A stretch of DNA of 60,241 bases, counting the filler, from Stramenopiles sp. TOSAG23-3 (Eukaryota): the NCBI GenBank assembly GCA_900128585.1. It is 6 parts of 6 records of this genome, joined end to end, with 100 filler letters (N's around TTAATTAATTAA, not from the genome) between each part and the next. Parts side by side here need not be neighbours in the genome. Positions count along the whole stretch, not along the records: positions 54,357 to 56,252 come from LT645269.1; positions 56,353 to 58,247 come from LT645270.1; positions 58,348 to 60,241 come from LT645271.1; 3 more parts are not named here. The stretch is one strand, 5' to 3'. Under the pieces are notes generated by a model, which worked only from the letters and a program-made list of their open reading frames with translations, ran no database searches and was not told the DNA's origin. The number at the start of each line of letters is the position of its first letter. Positions within the stretch are counted from its first letter, which is position 1. Made by a program: the position numbers and the translations under genes. Below, in pieces: positions 56,009-60,241 of this stretch.

Positions 56009-56252
56009 ATGTTCGGTTTACAAAGTAATAAGTCCAAAGGTATCGGTACTCTCACTCAAAATTTGAGCAGTCACGATTTCCTCGGCGGAAAGGCTGGAGG
56101 AGGCCTAGGTAAGAGAGTGATGGCCGGAAGAAAGTTTCGTTTTGAAATAATCAAGCAGTCGACCAAAAGCAGGGCCAGGGTTGGCCGGATCGTCACGCCG
56201 CACGGGTCGATCAAAACGCCAGCCTTCGTCCCAGTAGGAACAAATGGGGTAT
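56009..56252 (+). CDS. tgt: Queuine tRNA-ribosyltransferase (TGT), N-terminal fragment
   Basis: FRFEII..STKSRARVGRIVTPHGSIKTPAFVPVGT; cut by the contig end. Confidence 0.85.
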
Positions 56253-56352
56253 NNNNNNNNNNNNNNNNNNNNNNNNNNNNNNNNNNNNNNNNNNNNTTAA
56301 TTAATTAANNNNNNNNNNNNNNNNNNNNNNNNNNNNNNNNNNNNNNNNNNNN
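56253..56352. other. Artificial contig linker
   Basis: N-TTAATTAATTAA-N spacer. Confidence 0.98.
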
Positions 56353-56568
56353 CGACCACTCGACGACGAGGAGAAGTCGTTTTGGAGCCATGCCCTGGGG
56401 AGGGCCGAGGACGACCCAAACGGTCGAAGCCCCCAAGGACGACGACGTGCGGGGTTCGGGCGCCCCCCCCCGCCCACCGACCCCCAGAATGGACGACCAT
56501 TCCGACCGCCCAAAGCACCACGTCAACCCCGCCAACGACGACGGCACCGGGGCAGGCGCTCGGAGCCC

Positions 56569-58247
56569 ATGGGAACGGGTCTCTGCCTCCTCATGATCAT
56601 GGCAATGAGCTGGCGCGACTGTCAACGAGTCGGAGTTACCGGAACTCGACCAAAACTTTGGCACGACAGGTTCTTTGGCACATTTACCAAGGAAACACCC
56701 GAACGTCAAACACAGGAGAGACCCAAACAACCCGCGACACCACACACCATTGGAAACCAAGAAACCCAACTTCGGACTGCTTGGTACGACGAAAGCGACA
56801 GTTATAATAACGACAAAAAAAAGAAAAGAAAAAGAAATCGACTTTCAGTACTGACGCTACCGACAACGCGCTCCGCAAACCAGAAAAAAAGAAAAAAAAG
56901 ATGGATCAAACCAAGAACTCAAGGGAGGTACGGTACCGATCCTCCCCAAAAACCCGACAAGACCCAAGGAACAACAAAAAAAAGCCCGAAAAAAAGCGCG
57001 AAAAAAAGCCCGACAACGCACCTTCGCGATGGCATACAAATTTTCGTAAAGACCCTGACCGGTAAGACGATTACTTTGGACGTGGAGCCGAGCGACACGA
57101 TCGTGAACGTCAAGCGAAAGATTCAGGACAAAGAAGGTACCCAACACGACAAACAGCGGCTGATCTTCGCCGGTAAGCAGCTGGAAGACGGGCGAAACCT
57201 GAGCGACTACAACGTTCAGAAAGAAGCCACGCTGCATCTGCTACTCCGCCTTCGGGGAGGCGGAGGAGGCAACGGCGACGCCGGCCGACCAGCAATCCCA
57301 AGGCGGAGTGCCCGGCTCCGTAGACTTGAAGCCGAAGGGGTGCAGCGGAGTAGAAGGAACGGAGGGGGCCCGAGCACCCAAAGGAGACAAGGCTGCAGGA
57401 ACCCCCGCAGAAGACCCGAAGGTGAAAGCCCACCAGGACCAAGCCCGGAGAAGGCGGAGGACACGGTCAATCCCCGACAGCTCCGGCCTAGCACGGGCCC
57501 ACCAAGACCAAGCCCGGAGGAAGCGGAGGACCCAGTCGAGAGAATCCAGAGGGCACACGCGGAACTTCTCGAAGGAAGACCCGTAATGTCCCTGGCGGGC
57601 CACTTCGTATTCGTCCACAAAAGTAACTTTGCGGACACGAGGGACCACCAACAATACGAAGGCACCCAGCCCACAAACGAAGAAACACGACGAATGGACG
57701 TATCACAAGCCTTCAGCGTGGCACGAATAACAAGAGTATTCCGCGAAAGAGGAAAAATCATGGCAAACCTCCAATGGGAGGACGCAAGAAACGTCTCAGA
57801 ACCAATCGAGCTGACAAAATGGCTGGAAATCATCGCAAAAATTAGCCGTCGCCGGGAACTAATGTCAGCCTCACGACTCCAAGGAACCATCGAAGACCAG
57901 GAATGGCTACGCGGAATATACAGCACGAACCACCCCCCATCCTTCACCGACTACCGAGCGCTCCCACGCTTCAACAACAAAACGGGGAAGCACCACAAGC
58001 TGACCGGGGAAATATTTGCCTGGCTTGGCAACGAGATGATCCCGAACAAAGGTCAAATCCACTGGATGACGATGCCGATCTCATTCATGATCACCCTGGC
58101 CTCCATCAAGATACCCGCGAAGCTGGACGACCCGAGGAATTCGAAGAAAGACCTAACGCCCAAGCGGGCATGGATAAAGCAATTACAAATGGTACAGTCG
58201 GGCAAATGGCGGGACCTATACGACGACGTCACAAGATGGAAAAACCA
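56569..58247 (+). CDS. Ubiquitin-containing polyprotein, probable non-LTR retroelement ORF (3'-truncated)
   Basis: Complete ubiquitin unit at 57034-57261 inside a long open frame. Strongly A/C-rich sense strand. Ends ...[11 protein letters not shown], like the pre-RT region of RLE-type non-LTR elements. The RT itself is not visible. Confidence 0.6.
57034..57261 (+). other. Embedded, slightly diverged ubiquitin domain (76 aa)
   Basis: [76 protein letters not shown]. Confidence 0.95.
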
Positions 58248-58347
58248 NNNNNNNNNNNNNNNNNNNNNNNNNNNNNNNNNNNNNNNNNNNNTTAATTAAT
58301 TAANNNNNNNNNNNNNNNNNNNNNNNNNNNNNNNNNNNNNNNNNNNN
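58248..58347. other. Artificial contig linker
   Basis: N-TTAATTAATTAA-N spacer. Confidence 0.98.
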
Positions 58348-58348
58348 C

Positions 58349-59464
58349 GGCAAGTCGACCGTTTCCTTAGGGATAGTGTCGGCCCTGCAGCAGAAGGGGG
58401 TAAACGTTGGGTTTATAAAGCCGGTTGGGCAACAGCATGTTCCAGTTGAATTAGTTGACGAAGAAACGGGGGAAACCTCCGTATTGAGCGTTGACAAAGA
58501 TGTGCGGCTAATCAACAAATACTTTGGCCTGAACGGCAACTATAGAGATATGAGCCCGGTTGTGATGCCTAGCGGCTATACAAAGCAAATTATAGACAAT
58601 GCAAAGCCAGGGATGAAAGCGGAAATGAGGAAAGACATTATGAATGCCTATAAAAATTTGGAGCAGAAACACGACTTTTTAGTGTGCGAAGGCACCGGTC
58701 ATGTTGGAGTTGGAGATATCGGCGGCGTTTCTAACGCAGTGGTTGCTGCCAGCGTGGGCACGAACGTCATTCTAGTTGCGGAAGGGGGGCTCGGCTCCGC
58801 CTTTGACGAGCTTTCCATAAACAAAGCCGCCTGCGATGCGGCTGGCACCAATATTTTAGGCGTAGTATTGAACAAAGTGATTCCGTCAAAAGTCGATATG
58901 ATTACAGATTATTTTCAACGGGCGATTTCCCAATGGGATTTCCCACTTCTTGGGGTAATCCCTTATACCGAAGAACTGACGTTCAAGGCGAACTACGATG
59001 TCGAGAGGCTGTTCAATTGTTCGATGCACGAAGATCAACGCAGGAGCCATTTGTTGAACCACCCGTCGGGAATTCAAGTCGCAGCCAGCAGTCTAAACAC
59101 ATTCATTGAAGATTGCCTTAGTACAGAGGACAAACACAGCATTTTAAACCGGGCAATCGTCATCGACGAATCGCGCACGGACATCATCGAGTTTCTTTGC
59201 CATAACGCAGCAGTTTTGGGGAACAGTTTTAAGGGCATCATCATCGTTAGTAGCAAGGGCGAACGAGCGTATAGATCCGATGTGGAATCACTGTACTCAA
59301 ATTACCCGTGCATCGTTGTACCGGACCCGATAGAGAAAGTCGTGTCAAAGTACGTGAATAATACAGCAAAATTTAACGAAGTAGATCTCGAACGCACAGG
59401 GATGGCCACGCAGGTTGTAAACGACAACTTTGATTTTGACTTGATGATGAGGCTGCTGAAGTAA
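58349..59464 (+). CDS. BioD-like (AAA_26) plus DRTGG-like protein resembling the phosphate acetyltransferase N-terminus, 5'-partial
   Basis: GKSTVSLG, VGFIKPVGQ, DFLVCEGTGH, SNA.VA, GGLGSAFDEL and GVVLNKV. No Pta catalytic domain follows. Confidence 0.8.
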   Translation, partial: GKSTVSLGIVSALQQKGVNVGFIKPVGQQHVPVELVDEETGETSVLSVDKDVRLINKYFGLNGNYRDMSPVVMPSGYTKQIIDNAKPGMKAEMRKDIMNAYKNLEQKHDFLVCEGTGHVGVGDIGGVSNAVVAASVGTNVILVAEGGLGSAFDELSINKAACDAAGTNILGVVLNKVIPSKVDMITDYFQRAISQWDFPLLGVIPYTEELTFKANYDVERLFNCSMHEDQRRSHLLNHPSGIQVAASSLNTFIEDCLSTEDKHSILNRAIVIDESRTDIIEFLCHNAAVLGNSFKGIIIVSSKGERAYRSDVESLYSNYPCIVVPDPIEKVVSKYVNNTAKFNEVDLERTGMATQVVNDNFDFDLMMRLLK

Positions 59465-59474
59465 ATTAAGAGAA

Positions 59475-59513
59475 AAATTTAAAACAAGAAAATTGGCTGT
59501 TATTTAAGTAATT
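59475..59513 (+). repeat. Dispersed AAAACAAGAAAATTGGCTGTTATTTAAGT repeat copy
   Basis: Identical core to 6271-6299. Confidence 0.8.
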
Positions 59514-60241
59514 ATAAAATTAACAAGAGCAATCATAAACTTAAGAGTTTTACCAGTTCCTCCCTGGCTTTTAGAAACATAATTTAATAACCAACACCCT
59601 CTGGGGAACATTATTACTAAGTACTTTTTTTTTTAGTATTTTGTACATTTTTTCTTATTTTTGGCACTTGATTTACTTTGAGTGTCACTAAACTCTAAAT
59701 GGATCAATATGTTATAATCCAAAAAAGTATATTAAAATAGCCAGTATTTTGTTTTAAAAATATATTCATAGAGCAGTACAACAGAAAACGAGCGCGTTTA
59801 AAACATTTATGCCGCTGTTTACTTGCCAATTGGAATCTTGACCAGAACTCGGGGAAGGTCTGCAACATAACATATGTTATTGTTCTTGAACTGACACCTT
59901 CTTTTTTCTTTATATTTAAAAAACAAACTAATGATATAGTATGTTTTAAGACTCTCAAGATTATCCCAATTGTAGAACTGATCTAAATTTGCAACTGCTA
60001 AAATTCATATCACTTTAAGTCGGTCGGTACCTCCTTTGTCGTTCCTACAATATTGTATCATTCGACCCAGGATTTCGTCTTTAATATTTTAAACACATAA
60101 ATTATTTTGTTTCTAAACTCTTTCCCCCCAGATTTAAACGTAAAAAAGTAAACATAGGGAGTCCATTACTATCATACTGATAGAATTGTGCACCCTGGGG
60201 AAAGGGTAAAATGTTTAAGAGGATTTTAAAATAAAACGTTC

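Overview
Eukaryotic, intron-poor genomic DNA from a flagellated protist. It has an axonemal dynein and AT-rich low-complexity intergenic spacers; a stramenopile such as an uncultured MAST-type grazer is a guess, not shown. The window is six unrelated contigs joined by artificial 100-nt N-TTAATTAATTAA-N linkers (contigs 1-18088, 18189-36195, 36296-54256, 54357-56252, 56353-58247, 58348-60241), so adjacency across linkers means nothing. Most of it is ordinary host genes: an O-fucosyltransferase, DEG15/TYSND1 protease, an inner-arm dynein heavy chain with a frameshifting micro-deletion, ATG10, GCP5, a RAD51 paralogue, AARSD1, an EamA transporter, cytochrome b561, neurochondrin, a homocysteine methyltransferase and others. 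The standout is a compact (~6.5 kb inferred) Polinton/PLV-derived element at 18189-24234. It has a perfect inverted repeat, a candidate AGTAGT terminus, an intact rve integrase, a chimeric penton/core-protein ORF that marks loss of the capsid and replication module, and inward-facing repeat-protein genes. Two other notable items are a secreted CHAP/NlpC-P60-like peptidoglycan hydrolase of actinobacterial/phage type (54.6-55.4 kb) and a polyubiquitin-derived ubiquitin unit embedded in a probable non-LTR retroelement ORF (56.6-58.2 kb).
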